Source: Candidatus Firestoneibacteriota bacterium (GTDB lineage: Bacteria; Oederibacteriota; Muellerivitia; Muellerivitales; Muellerivitaceae). From it: 64,000 nt of DNA. Of the stretch, positions 29,310-38,853 are shown in pieces. The stretch is taken from the NCBI GenBank assembly GCA_013286205.1, contig JABDGD010000003.1, forward strand, positions 16,558 to 80,557, read 5' to 3'. Position 1 is the first letter of the stretch. Every line of letters begins with the position of its first letter. The notes beneath the pieces were generated by a model, which made no database searches, was not told the origin of the DNA, and saw only the letters and a list, made by a program, of their open reading frames with translations. Made by a program: the position numbers and the translations under genes.

Positions 29310-29636
29310 ATGAAAAAGGTTCTTTCTTTGGGTTTTTGTCTTTGTTTGTCTTTGATGATGTTGGAAGGCTGCGCCACGAACCAGCCCATGGCGGGTAGTT
29401 TAGTTTCGATTGTATCGGGGCCCGTGGGAGCGACCGCTTATCCAGTAACGGCGACCGCCAAAAAAGGCGAAGGTTCGACTTTTTGTATTTTTGGACTATT
29501 TAGTTTCGGCGACGCCAGCATTCACTCCGCTTGCGCCAATTCAGGCATCACCAAAGTTCAACATGTGGATTATCAAAGCACCAACATCTTATTCGGCATT
29601 TTCTCCAGCTATAAAGTGCTCGTGTACGGCGAATAA
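29310..29636 (+). CDS. Small lipoprotein, TRL-like family
   Basis: Lipobox 'LMMLEGCATNQ'. The C-terminus 'FGDASIHSACANSGITKVQHVDYQSTNILFGIFSSYKVLVYGE' resembles the TRL-like lipoprotein family consensus. Confidence 0.5.
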   Translation: MKKVLSLGFCLCLSLMMLEGCATNQPMAGSLVSIVSGPVGATAYPVTATAKKGEGSTFCIFGLFSFGDASIHSACANSGITKVQHVDYQSTNILFGIFSSYKVLVYGE

Positions 29637-29656
29637 CAAGCTCTAAGGGAAATTCT

Positions 29657-30739
29657 ATGAAACAAAAGCTTGTTTTCGTATTGGTGTTTTTCTGTTTGTC
29701 CGCGGGGGTGCTTTTCGCCACGGAGAGTGATGAGGACTTTCAGAAAGGTCTTCAGGCTTACCATCGACAGGACTACGCCAACGCGCAGAATTTATTTAAA
29801 ACCGCTCTGGCGGCGGACGCCACCAATTGGAAGGCCGCCCAAATGCTGGGCTCGAGCGACATTCGTTTAAATCAAATGGATCAGGGTGTGGCTGATTTTA
29901 CCTTGAGCCTTCAAATCAAACCGGATAATCCTGAACTGGTCAAATATTTAGATCAGATCAAAAGCCTTGTTGACGCCTCTCATTACACCTGGGATCCGGG
30001 CGTGGATCCTTATCCGCGTTTCACGGGGATCGCTAATCCCTTGGTCCCGGTAAAAATTTCGATCCTGCCGAAAGTTTATGTCACCGCAGCTTATTCGATG
30101 GGTTCCAATAATTTAATTGAGGGGCCGGGCTACAACAGTATGACTGGAACAACTTCTTATACCGCCATACCTTTGCGACTTCATTATGAGTTAAATTCGA
30201 TTCTTTCTCTGGCGGCGGGGGTGGAGTTCTGGTCGAACATCAACAGTCAGAGTTTTCACCAATATAACTATTCTTCTACATCCAGTGATTCTGAAGCGGC
30301 GACGATTTCCTATCAAGTGACGCCGGTGACGTTGGAGTTATTTGTTCACCATTGGGAGAAAGGGTTTGCTGTCGATTGCGGGGCTGGCTTGATGGGGTGT
30401 TTTTATCAATCCTCGTACTTGAATGAGGAGGTCGAAAAAAGCGGCTCCAACAATGATGTTTATTCCAACAAGGAGACCGTTAATGGTCTATCGCTCGGGG
30501 GAGTCGCTGAGATAAATATAAGTTGGATTCTGGATGAGGAGAATCATTTCGCGATTTTCGCCACGGGAGAAGGATACGCAGCCGGGGTGAGCGGGTATGG
30601 AAACGGCAGCACTGAATTTCTTGATAAGTATGGGAGTGGAACAACTACTACTATTAGTGACACTATTGTCCCTGAGATTGGCGACAGTCAGTCTATTACA
30701 GGGTTCGCTTTTGGCCTGGGCGCCCGCGCGGGGTTTTGA
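29657..30739 (+). CDS. Secreted protein with N-terminal TPR-like region and C-terminal beta-barrel (outer-membrane) domain
   Basis: Signal peptide and TPR-like helices ('FQKGLQAYHRQDYANAQNLFKTALAADATNWKAAQMLG'). The C-terminal half is beta-rich and ends 'GLGARAGF' (aromatic beta-signal). Confidence 0.5.
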   Translation: MKQKLVFVLVFFCLSAGVLFATESDEDFQKGLQAYHRQDYANAQNLFKTALAADATNWKAAQMLGSSDIRLNQMDQGVADFTLSLQIKPDNPELVKYLDQIKSLVDASHYTWDPGVDPYPRFTGIANPLVPVKISILPKVYVTAAYSMGSNNLIEGPGYNSMTGTTSYTAIPLRLHYELNSILSLAAGVEFWSNINSQSFHQYNYSSTSSDSEAATISYQVTPVTLELFVHHWEKGFAVDCGAGLMGCFYQSSYLNEEVEKSGSNNDVYSNKETVNGLSLGGVAEINISWILDEENHFAIFATGEGYAAGVSGYGNGSTEFLDKYGSGTTTTISDTIVPEIGDSQSITGFAFGLGARAGF

Positions 30740-30821
30740 TTTCTAAAACGCGCCTATTCCATTGTTCGTTTTTCTATCCAGCTAATCCAGAAGAGGTAGT
30801 CTGCACGCCCGATGGCGTGGA

Positions 30822-30845
30822 GCGGAAAGCGAGATCCGCTTTTTA
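30822..30845 (+). terminator. Possible weak terminator after the TPR/beta-barrel gene
   Basis: gcgga-aagcgagat-tccgc followed by TTTTT. Confidence 0.35.
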
Positions 30846-31007
30846 ATTAAACTAGCCGAGATGAGACATCCTTTTTCTGTGTTAAATCTCTAAAAAGCCC
30901 CGTTTTTTGTTTAAAACAGGGGTAAGTGGACATAGGTAAATCGAGTAACGTGACCGAATCTAGGATAAAATTCAGACCTGTTTTACTTATTTAAATCGTC
31001 GGGCTAT

Positions 31008-34000
31008 ATGAAATTTTTTAAATTATTAATCTTTCGTCTCTTTTTGACTGAATTGATGGCAATAGGCGCTTCGCCCGTTCTGCCCAATACCCTGTCATAC
31101 CATTCTCCCGCTCCGGTTCGTCCGGCTTCCGCGTCCACAAATGCGGGCGGTAGCTTTCAATCCAATTACGGCAAACTGTCTTTGGCTTTCGAGCCCAATG
31201 AAGGTCAAACCGATTCCCGGGTCAAGTTTCTCGCTCGGGGGGCGGGCTATAGCCTTTTTCTGACGAACGATGAAGCGGTTTTTGTTTTGAAGCCGAATAA
31301 GACAAATCGTGCGGGCAAGTTTCCGAAAATCAAATCAAGAGAATCCGCTGCTGAAGGGAAACCGGACGAGGTTCTGCGCTTGGGGTTGGCGGGCGCCAAT
31401 CCACAAGTTCGTTTTGAGGGACTGGAAGATTTAGGCGGGAAAAGCAATTACCTCATCGGCAACGACCGTACCCAATGGCGCACCGGTATTTCCCAATATG
31501 CGAAGGCGCGGATGAATCAGGTTTATTCCGGCATCGATATGGTCTACTACGGCTACCAGGGCCGATTGGAATATGACTTTGTGGTGGCCCCGGGTGCAGA
31601 CCCTAAAATCATCAGCCTTCAATACAAGGGCGCGCAAAGCGCTGAGGTGGATACGGACGGGAATCTGGTTTTTCAAATGAACGCGGGAAATGTGTCTTTC
31701 AAAGCGCCTGCGGTTTACCAAATGGTTGGAGAACAAAAACAGCCAGTCGCGGGCCGCTATGTGATTCGACAGGATCAAAGTATTGGTTTTGAGGTGGGGA
31801 GCTATGACGAGGCCCTTCCACTGGTGATCGACCCGGTGCTGGATTATTCCACCTATATCGGGGGTAACACTTTTGATCTTACAGCTCAACTGGTGGTGGA
31901 TTCGGCCGGCAACGCCTACGAAGTGGGCGGAAGCACCTCCACGGCTTACCCCACCACTGCGGGCGCTTTCCGGACGGTCTACACCGGATCAGAAGATGTG
32001 ATTGTCTCCAAGCTCAACTCGACGGGTACCGCTCTCATTTATTCCACTTATCTGGGCGGGACCAACGCGAGCGATGGTTTAGGTATTGTTCTGGACGGGT
32101 CGGATGACGCTTATGTGACGGGCTATACCGCTGCTACCGATTTTCCCACGACGGCGGGCGCCTATCAGTCGCTGGTGAGAGGACCTCAGAATGCTTTTGT
32201 CACTGAACTGAATCCGTCGGGTTCGGGCCTGGTGTTTTCCACCTATCTGGGCGGAGGGGGTGACGATAACGGCAATGGCATCGCGCTTGATTCCACTGGA
32301 AACGTCTGCGTCGTGGGTATTACCAGTTCCACCAATTTTCCTACGACCGCTGGGGTTTACCAGCCAGCTTATGGGGGGGGCTCCAACGACGGTTTTGTGA
32401 CTAAGCTAAACTCGACGGGTACAGGCCTGATTTTTTCGAGCTACATCGGCGGGAGTGACAATGATCAGGCTTTGGGCATCGCGTTGGATGGGGCGGACAA
32501 CCTTTATATTACGGGCTTTACGCATTCCGCTAATTTTCCCCATACAGCGGGCGCGGCTCAGGCGGCCTTAGCGGGCCCGGTGAACGGATTTATCACGAAA
32601 ATGAACACAGCGGGTACGGCCTTACTCTATTCCACTTTTTTGGGGGGCAGCGGCAGTGGCTTGAACGGGGATGTTGCGGTCGCCATCGCCATTGATTCAT
32701 CGGGGAATGCCTATGTGACGGGCTATGCCACTTCGACGAATTTTCCCATCACTGCCGGAGCGGCTAGTTCTACCCATGTGGGCACGTTGGACGCTTTCGT
32801 GACCAAACTGAATGCGGCGGGATCGGCCTGGGTCTATTCCACTTATCTGGGCGGTTCCGGATCCTTAAACTATGGCCGGGGCATCACGGTAGATTCATCC
32901 GGAAATGCCTATGTGGCGGGTGAGACGAGTTCGGCGACTTTTCCGACGACGGCAGGAGCCTTCCAAACGGCTTTGATGGGGTCCATCGCCGCTTTTCTCA
33001 CCGAAGTAAATCCGACAGGTACGGGTTGGCTTTATTCCACTTATTTGGGTGGAAGCGGCGCGGACGAAGGAGAGTCTGTCGCGCTGGACTCGGCCGGTGC
33101 TATTTATGTTTCGGGAGACGCGGGGTCCCTCGATTTTCCGATCACGGCGGGAGCTTACCAGACAACTTATGCTGGCGGAAGTTCGAATACTTTTGTTACC
33201 AAATTCGACGCCGCTGATTTTGTGGCGGCGCCCACGGGAACGGTCAGCCCCACCTTTAGTCCGACGGCGACCTTTACAGCTACGACTACTTGGACCCCGA
33301 TGGCCGCCACAGCCACCAATACGCCGGGTGGATTTACCTCGACTAATACTCCTACGCCTTCACCCACTAATACTACTGGAGTGGTGTTTACTGCCACAAC
33401 CATACCCGGCGGCGGCTGCTATGACTTTGATGATTTCGATGAGGGTCCCTGGAATAATCCCATCCCCAGTTATTTGACGCAATTTTTCAATCAAAACGCG
33501 TCTCAAGCCACCTCCATCAATAACAATATCTTTCAAACTTATGCCGGGTCCATCGGCAGTCTTCAAGACGCGATTACCTTTACGGGTTCCGGCAACCTGG
33601 CCGAGATGGATGTGTTGAACGGCGTTAGTTATGGGGCTTCGGTCGATGTACAGACCGGTGGCGTGAATCCTACCACCTTTAGTTTTGAAATGAATCCTTC
33701 TCAAACTATCACGCTGACGAAATTTTATATTTGGGATGGATCGACACACGCGGTTACGGTGAATCAGACGATTCCCGCCAATACCTGGACCAACGTAGTG
33801 GTGAATCTGACTTCCATTACCTTTAACGACCTCGCGGTGAGCGGCGTGATATTTGATATGACCAGCCCCCCGTCGGTGAGCACTTTCCCTTACGTCTCAA
33901 ACGTCCTGTTTGATAATTTCAGTTTCTGCGGGACGGGCACGGCTGTTCCGACAACCGGAAGTACTTTCACCAGTACAATCACGCCCACTATCACTCCTAC

Positions 34001-35450
34001 GCTGACTTCCGTTCTTCTTACCGCGTCGCCGACCAATACGGGAGGTTTTCCGACTTCTCCCTGGACGCCAAGCGCGACCTGGACACCGAGTGTGACGGAT
34101 ACGCCCAGCCCGGCCGTTGCGACGGCAGGAACTTCGACAAATACGCCGTCGCCGACTAACCTGGGAACGTCTACGCCCGGTTGCTTCAGTTACACCGACG
34201 ATTTCAGCGATCCCGCGACTTCATCCAATTACACTTACCGGGATAAAAACTGGGTTTTATCCGGCGGCACCCAGTGGAGTATATCGAGCGGCCAGTTCCA
34301 GGAAGGCCCCATGCTTTCTCCCGCGGGTTCTTATTTAACGCTGAACACCAGTGTGTTTCCTTCAACCTTATCGAGTTATACCGAAGAAGCCGATTTTAAT
34401 TTGGGCACGGGCGGGCAGGGGTTGTTTGGATTAATATTCCTGGCTTCTAATCCGGCAGGCGGCCAGGGTTATATTTTTCAATGGAATGGTTTGAACAGTC
34501 GGTGGGAAATTGAGAAACAAACTTCGCCGGGACTTTATTATTACGTGGCGACAAACGCTTCACCCGCTTACGTTCTCGGCACCTGGGTTCATTTAAAAGT
34601 AGTTATCGTGGGCGGCGTGATGGATGGGTATGAAACACCCGAAAGCGCTCCGGGTGTGGCCAGCGGTCCCGCTGTACATATCTTTAGCGGCGTCACCGAT
34701 CCGGGAACCACCGCGCCCTATACCAGCGGCATGGCGGGAATTCGCAGCTACAACATTGTGACGGGCAATATACTTCTAGTGGACAATTACGAAGCTTACA
34801 ATTGCGCGCCCTCTGGGACGCCAACCCTTACTCCAACGGGTACCCTGAATACTTCTACTGCTACGGTGATGACGACGAGCACGACCACTGTTCTCATGAC
34901 GAATACCCCGACCACTACACCTACGGGCACCTGGTATACATCAACTTTCACCTATACGCCGACGATCACACCCACGCCCAGTGTGACCCCGATGGGTACC
35001 TGGTTTACTTCCACACCCTCGCCCACGGGCACCTGGTATACATCGACCCTCACGAACACGCCAACGATCACGCCCACGCCCAGCGCGACACCTACCGGTA
35101 CCTGGTACACTTCTACACCCTCGATGACTCCGACGCTTGCGGTGACACCGACAGGCACTTCGACGGGTGATCACTTCTGGATCTCTAAAAATGTGTTCTT
35201 TCCCAGCAGCCCCGTTTCGATCTATGTGTCCACTCAAGATTATCCGGGTATTTACGGACTGAACATTTTCAATAGCGCGGGGGAGAATATTAAGAATTTG
35301 GACAGCAGAACTATCGGCGGACCTTATCAGCAATCTTATAATTGGGACGGTCGAAATAAGTTCGGCAATCCATGCGCTTCAGGAGTTTATATCATTATTC
35401 TCGTCACGCCATTCCACGTTCATAAGGCGCGGGTGGTTCTGATCCATTAG
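31008..35450 (+). CDS. Giant (1480 aa) secreted protein: conserved N-terminal module + about 9 SBBP beta-propeller repeats + LamG/concanavalin-like domain + Thr/Pro linkers + T9SS-type C-terminal sorting domain
   Basis: Signal peptide. N-terminal module 'YSGIDMVYYGYQGRLEYDFVVAPGADP...LPLVIDPVLDYSTYIGG'. Repeated 'D.SGNAYVTGYT.STNFPTTAGA.Q' SBBP units (about 31845-33230). Thr-rich linkers with 'TPTGTWYTSTPS' repeats (34800-35180). The C-terminus 'YNWDGRNKFGNPCASGVYIIILV...KARVVLIH' is T9SS CTD-like. Confidence 0.8.
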   Translation: MKFFKLLIFRLFLTELMAIGASPVLPNTLSYHSPAPVRPASASTNAGGSFQSNYGKLSLAFEPNEGQTDSRVKFLARGAGYSLFLTNDEAVFVLKPNKTNRAGKFPKIKSRESAAEGKPDEVLRLGLAGANPQVRFEGLEDLGGKSNYLIGNDRTQWRTGISQYAKARMNQVYSGIDMVYYGYQGRLEYDFVVAPGADPKIISLQYKGAQSAEVDTDGNLVFQMNAGNVSFKAPAVYQMVGEQKQPVAGRYVIRQDQSIGFEVGSYDEALPLVIDPVLDYSTYIGGNTFDLTAQLVVDSAGNAYEVGGSTSTAYPTTAGAFRTVYTGSEDVIVSKLNSTGTALIYSTYLGGTNASDGLGIVLDGSDDAYVTGYTAATDFPTTAGAYQSLVRGPQNAFVTELNPSGSGLVFSTYLGGGGDDNGNGIALDSTGNVCVVGITSSTNFPTTAGVYQPAYGGGSNDGFVTKLNSTGTGLIFSSYIGGSDNDQALGIALDGADNLYITGFTHSANFPHTAGAAQAALAGPVNGFITKMNTAGTALLYSTFLGGSGSGLNGDVAVAIAIDSSGNAYVTGYATSTNFPITAGAASSTHVGTLDAFVTKLNAAGSAWVYSTYLGGSGSLNYGRGITVDSSGNAYVAGETSSATFPTTAGAFQTALMGSIAAFLTEVNPTGTGWLYSTYLGGSGADEGESVALDSAGAIYVSGDAGSLDFPITAGAYQTTYAGGSSNTFVTKFDAADFVAAPTGTVSPTFSPTATFTATTTWTPMAATATNTPGGFTSTNTPTPSPTNTTGVVFTATTIPGGGCYDFDDFDEGPWNNPIPSYLTQFFNQNASQATSINNNIFQTYAGSIGSLQDAITFTGSGNLAEMDVLNGVSYGASVDVQTGGVNPTTFSFEMNPSQTITLTKFYIWDGSTHAVTVNQTIPANTWTNVVVNLTSITFNDLAVSGVIFDMTSPPSVSTFPYVSNVLFDNFSFCGTGTAVPTTGSTFTSTITPTITPTLTSVLLTASPTNTGGFPTSPWTPSATWTPSVTDTPSPAVATAGTSTNTPSPTNLGTSTPGCFSYTDDFSDPATSSNYTYRDKNWVLSGGTQWSISSGQFQEGPMLSPAGSYLTLNTSVFPSTLSSYTEEADFNLGTGGQGLFGLIFLASNPAGGQGYIFQWNGLNSRWEIEKQTSPGLYYYVATNASPAYVLGTWVHLKVVIVGGVMDGYETPESAPGVASGPAVHIFSGVTDPGTTAPYTSGMAGIRSYNIVTGNILLVDNYEAYNCAPSGTPTLTPTGTLNTSTATVMTTSTTTVLMTNTPTTTPTGTWYTSTFTYTPTITPTPSVTPMGTWFTSTPSPTGTWYTSTLTNTPTITPTPSATPTGTWYTSTPSMTPTLAVTPTGTSTGDHFWISKNVFFPSSPVSIYVSTQDYPGIYGLNIFNSAGENIKNLDSRTIGGPYQQSYNWDGRNKFGNPCASGVYIIILVTPFHVHKARVVLIH

Positions 35451-35508
35451 CGGTCAAAATCATCCGGGCCGATTTCACTCCCTGTCTTTTTAGGTTAAAC
35501 TAGCTTCC

Positions 35509-36588
35509 GTGAATACCACCTCTCTATATAAGAACATTCTCGTCCGCGTGCCCAATTGGTTGGGCGATTCTATGATGGCTACTCCGGTGGTCTCCGCCAT
35601 TCACAAAGTCTTTCCCAAAGCCAAGCTAACAATTCTCTGTAAATCCAACTTCGCGCCCTTTTGGAAGAGCTTTTCGGAAGTGCATGAAGTTTTGACCGTG
35701 CAAAAGGGTTTACCGGGGTACATCCACACTGTTCGTGAAATTAAAAAACGCCAGTTCGACGTAGCGGTGACGCTGCCATCCTCTTTCTCTTCCGCGTTTC
35801 TCTTGTTTGCCGCTGATATTCCCAAACGTATCGGCTGGGGAGGGGAAGGCCGTGAATTTCTTTTGACCCATGTGGCGCCAGCGCCGGACCCCCGGCAAAA
35901 GCATTTAGTCTGGGAATATTTAGAATTGATCCGTGCTGGATTGGGGCGGCCATTGGGGCTGAAAACTTACCAGCTGGTTTTTCCGTTAGACGCGAAAATT
36001 AAGAGCGAAGCGAAACAGCTGCTGAAATCACTTCGTGTCAGAGGAACCTCGTTCGTGGCTTTGGGGCCGGGGGCCACCTATGGCCCCGCGAAGCGCTGGC
36101 CTTTGGTCTATTGGAAACAGCTGATCCTCAAAATGCTCGAATCCGGTCATGAGACCCTATTAGTCGTAGGTGGGGCGGAAGAAAAAGAATACCTGACAGA
36201 ATTATGGCAAGAATTACCTGAAAAATACGCGGATCGGCTGGTGTCACTGGTGGGAAAAACCACACCCCGGGTGCTCGCGGGTGTACTAGACCAGTGTAAA
36301 GTATTGGTGACCAATGACACGGGCCCGATGCATGTGGCGGCGGCAGTGGGGACGCCCACGGTGGCGATTTTTGGATCCACCTCGCCGACCTGGACCCGGC
36401 CTTTTGGTGAAGGCCATACGGTGATTTATAAAGCGGTGGAATGCAGCCCCTGTTTTCAAAAGACCTGCCCGATTGGGTACATTTGCTTAAATCGTATTTC
36501 GGTTTCAGAAGTGTTTGAGGCGGCGAAGAAGAAGTTGAAGGGCAACGCGGTGGTTCGGGGTGAAAAACCACCGATAGGTTTAATCTAA
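35509..36588 (+). CDS. Glycosyltransferase family 9 (ADP-heptose:LPS heptosyltransferase, WaaF/WaaC-like)
   Basis: GT9 N-terminal signature 'ILVRVPNWLGDSMMATPVVSAIHKVFPKAKLTILCK', plus 'GPGATYGPAKRWP' and 'LVTNDTGPMHVAAAVGTPTVAIFGSTSP'. GTG start. Confidence 0.8.
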   Translation: MNTTSLYKNILVRVPNWLGDSMMATPVVSAIHKVFPKAKLTILCKSNFAPFWKSFSEVHEVLTVQKGLPGYIHTVREIKKRQFDVAVTLPSSFSSAFLLFAADIPKRIGWGGEGREFLLTHVAPAPDPRQKHLVWEYLELIRAGLGRPLGLKTYQLVFPLDAKIKSEAKQLLKSLRVRGTSFVALGPGATYGPAKRWPLVYWKQLILKMLESGHETLLVVGGAEEKEYLTELWQELPEKYADRLVSLVGKTTPRVLAGVLDQCKVLVTNDTGPMHVAAAVGTPTVAIFGSTSPTWTRPFGEGHTVIYKAVECSPCFQKTCPIGYICLNRISVSEVFEAAKKKLKGNAVVRGEKPPIGLI

Positions 36589-36650
36589 AGAAACGAGTCT
36601 CCCTGCGCCAAGGCTTCGGGAGACGGGGCAAAAGCCCCGGGAACTTATAT

Positions 36651-37700
36651 TTGAAACGCATTCTGATCGTAAAACTTCGGCCCCTGGGTGACGCTATTTT
36701 GGCGGGCACTTGTTTTGAGGCCGTGCGTCAGGCTTTTCCCAACGCCTGGATTACGGCGTTAGTCCAACCCCCGGCCAATGAACTTTACAAAAAATCTCCA
36801 TGGGTCAATGAAACGATGGCCTATAACCGCAAATCGATCGACCAAAAATCTTTTTTCACCCGCCTATCGAAGAACAACCAAATGATTCAGGCCATCAAGA
36901 AGCGACAGTTTGACCTGGCGATCGACCTGTCGGACTCGCACCGAAGCGCCCAGCTGATTACCTGGGGCAAGGCGGGTTTTAAGATTGGGTTGGGATTGTC
37001 TGATATTAAGAAGTTTTATGACCTGAGCGCTCCAGCGGATGACGAACTGCAAGTATCAGCTACGGAGTTGGATAAGCGGGTATTGGGACTGATTGGCCTG
37101 ACGCCCAAGCCTCATGACCGGTCGGGGGGCTATTGGTCGGTACCTCCTGAGGGAGATACTTTTGCTGACACCTTTTGGAAAGCGAATCAATTTAGTCACG
37201 ACGACGTGGTGGTGGGCATTAACCCCTTCGCCAGCTGTGTAAGCAAAGAATGGTATCCGGAAAAATGGGCGGTCGTGATTAAGGAACTCCTGGGACATGG
37301 CGTGAAACTTTATTTCACCTGCGCGCCGTTAGAGCGCAAAGGTCTGGAAAAAATTGAAAAAGAATTGGGGCACACTCTGCCGGTTTACGCCGGAAGTTCG
37401 CTGCTGCCGCTGATGGGCATTTACCAAAAGTCCAAGGCGGTTATCAGTGTGGATTCGGGTCCCCGGCATTTAGCCGCGGCGGTAGGTACGCCTACCTTGA
37501 CGGTTTGGGGACCAGAGCCGGTCGAACGCTGGCACCCTTACAACCGTGAAAAACACCCTATTGCCCTGAAGGCGGTTTTTTGCCGCCCCTGCGGACTGAC
37601 TATCTGTATTGAACGCAAGCATGAATGTATGAAGACACTGGAACCCGAAATGGTTATCCAGGCCTTGAAGCCGCTTTTGCGGAAAGCGGTGGGAGTTTAG
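36651..37700 (+). CDS. Glycosyltransferase family 9 heptosyltransferase paralog
   Basis: 'ILIVKLRPLGDAILAGTCFEAVRQAFPNAWITALV' and 'VISVDSGPRHLAAAVGTPTLTVWGP'. TTG start. Confidence 0.75.
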   Translation: MKRILIVKLRPLGDAILAGTCFEAVRQAFPNAWITALVQPPANELYKKSPWVNETMAYNRKSIDQKSFFTRLSKNNQMIQAIKKRQFDLAIDLSDSHRSAQLITWGKAGFKIGLGLSDIKKFYDLSAPADDELQVSATELDKRVLGLIGLTPKPHDRSGGYWSVPPEGDTFADTFWKANQFSHDDVVVGINPFASCVSKEWYPEKWAVVIKELLGHGVKLYFTCAPLERKGLEKIEKELGHTLPVYAGSSLLPLMGIYQKSKAVISVDSGPRHLAAAVGTPTLTVWGPEPVERWHPYNREKHPIALKAVFCRPCGLTICIERKHECMKTLEPEMVIQALKPLLRKAVGV

Positions 37701-37767
37701 AGGATAATTTTGAATTTTGAATTAAAGTCTAAATCTTAAAATAATTAAAATTTAAAATTAGACGAAA

Positions 37768-38838
37768 ATGGTTAAAAGGGAATTAAGGAACATTTTGATT
37801 AACGAAAAAACTGAAAATACATCACTGCGCAAGATTTTACTGGTTCGCCCCCGATTTTTGGGAGATCTGATTTTGGCCACCGGTCTGGTGGACGTGATTC
37901 ACCAAAACAACCCTGAAGCGGAAGTCTGGTTTTTGGCTGAGGACAACTACGCCGAAGCGCTGGCCCATCACCCTAAGGTGGCGGGAATTATTCCATTTGA
38001 CGCGAAGCGCAAGAATAATCCCTTTTATCTCTTTAGCTTCTACAGCTCGCTGCGCGACTTTCACTTTGACGCGGTGCTCGATTTATTCGGCAATCCCCGT
38101 TCAGCCCAAATGACTTTTTTCACCGGCGCGCCGATTCGGGTGGGCTATGACCTGCGGGGCCGCCGTTGGGCCTATAACGTAATCGCCAAACCTTCGTCGG
38201 ATCCTCTACCTTCGGGCCGCCGCAAAGTGACCGAAGCTTATCTGGATCTGGTGCGGGCATTGGGTTATACAGTGAATGAACCTTATCAAACCTCGCTGTA
38301 TATCAGCGCTGAAGAGCGGACTTATGTTCAAAAGCTTTTTGACCGGGCGGGAATTGAGCCGAATCAGGCGGTCGCGGTGCTGACGCCGGGGGCCTCCTGG
38401 CCAGCCAAACGCTGGTCGCTGGATAACTTTATTGAGCTGGGCTTTATGCTGCAGGCGAGAAAAATCCGCCCCATCTATATCTTTGGCCCCAAGGAAGACG
38501 CTTTGGCCAAAGAGTTTGAAGAGCGAATGAACAAAGACTGGATCTTTTTAAACCAACCCTCGCTGAGGGGGTTGATGGCCTTTATCGCGGCGGCGGATGT
38601 GTTGATCGCCAATGACTCCGGCCCGATGCATGTGGGGCCGGCGGTCGGAACACCCACCCTGGGCATTTTTGGCCCGGGCGAGCCTGAAATTTGGTTTCCT
38701 TATGGAAAACCCCATGAAACCTTTTATAGTGAAGTCGCTTGCAGCCACTGCGGCTTGGATGAGTGCCCCTGGATGACCTGTATGGACCGGTTAATCCCAG
38801 TGGAAGCGGCCAAGAAAGTCTTAAGTCTTATTTCCTAA
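37768..38838 (+). CDS. Glycosyltransferase family 9 heptosyltransferase paralog
   Basis: 'ILLVRPRFLGDLILATGLVDVIHQNNPEAEVWFLAE', 'GASWPAKRWS' and 'LIANDSGPMHVGPAVGTPTLGIFGP'. Confidence 0.75.
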   Translation: MVKRELRNILINEKTENTSLRKILLVRPRFLGDLILATGLVDVIHQNNPEAEVWFLAEDNYAEALAHHPKVAGIIPFDAKRKNNPFYLFSFYSSLRDFHFDAVLDLFGNPRSAQMTFFTGAPIRVGYDLRGRRWAYNVIAKPSSDPLPSGRRKVTEAYLDLVRALGYTVNEPYQTSLYISAEERTYVQKLFDRAGIEPNQAVAVLTPGASWPAKRWSLDNFIELGFMLQARKIRPIYIFGPKEDALAKEFEERMNKDWIFLNQPSLRGLMAFIAAADVLIANDSGPMHVGPAVGTPTLGIFGPGEPEIWFPYGKPHETFYSEVACSHCGLDECPWMTCMDRLIPVEAAKKVLSLIS

Positions 38839-38853
38839 TCAATAGAAAGAGTT

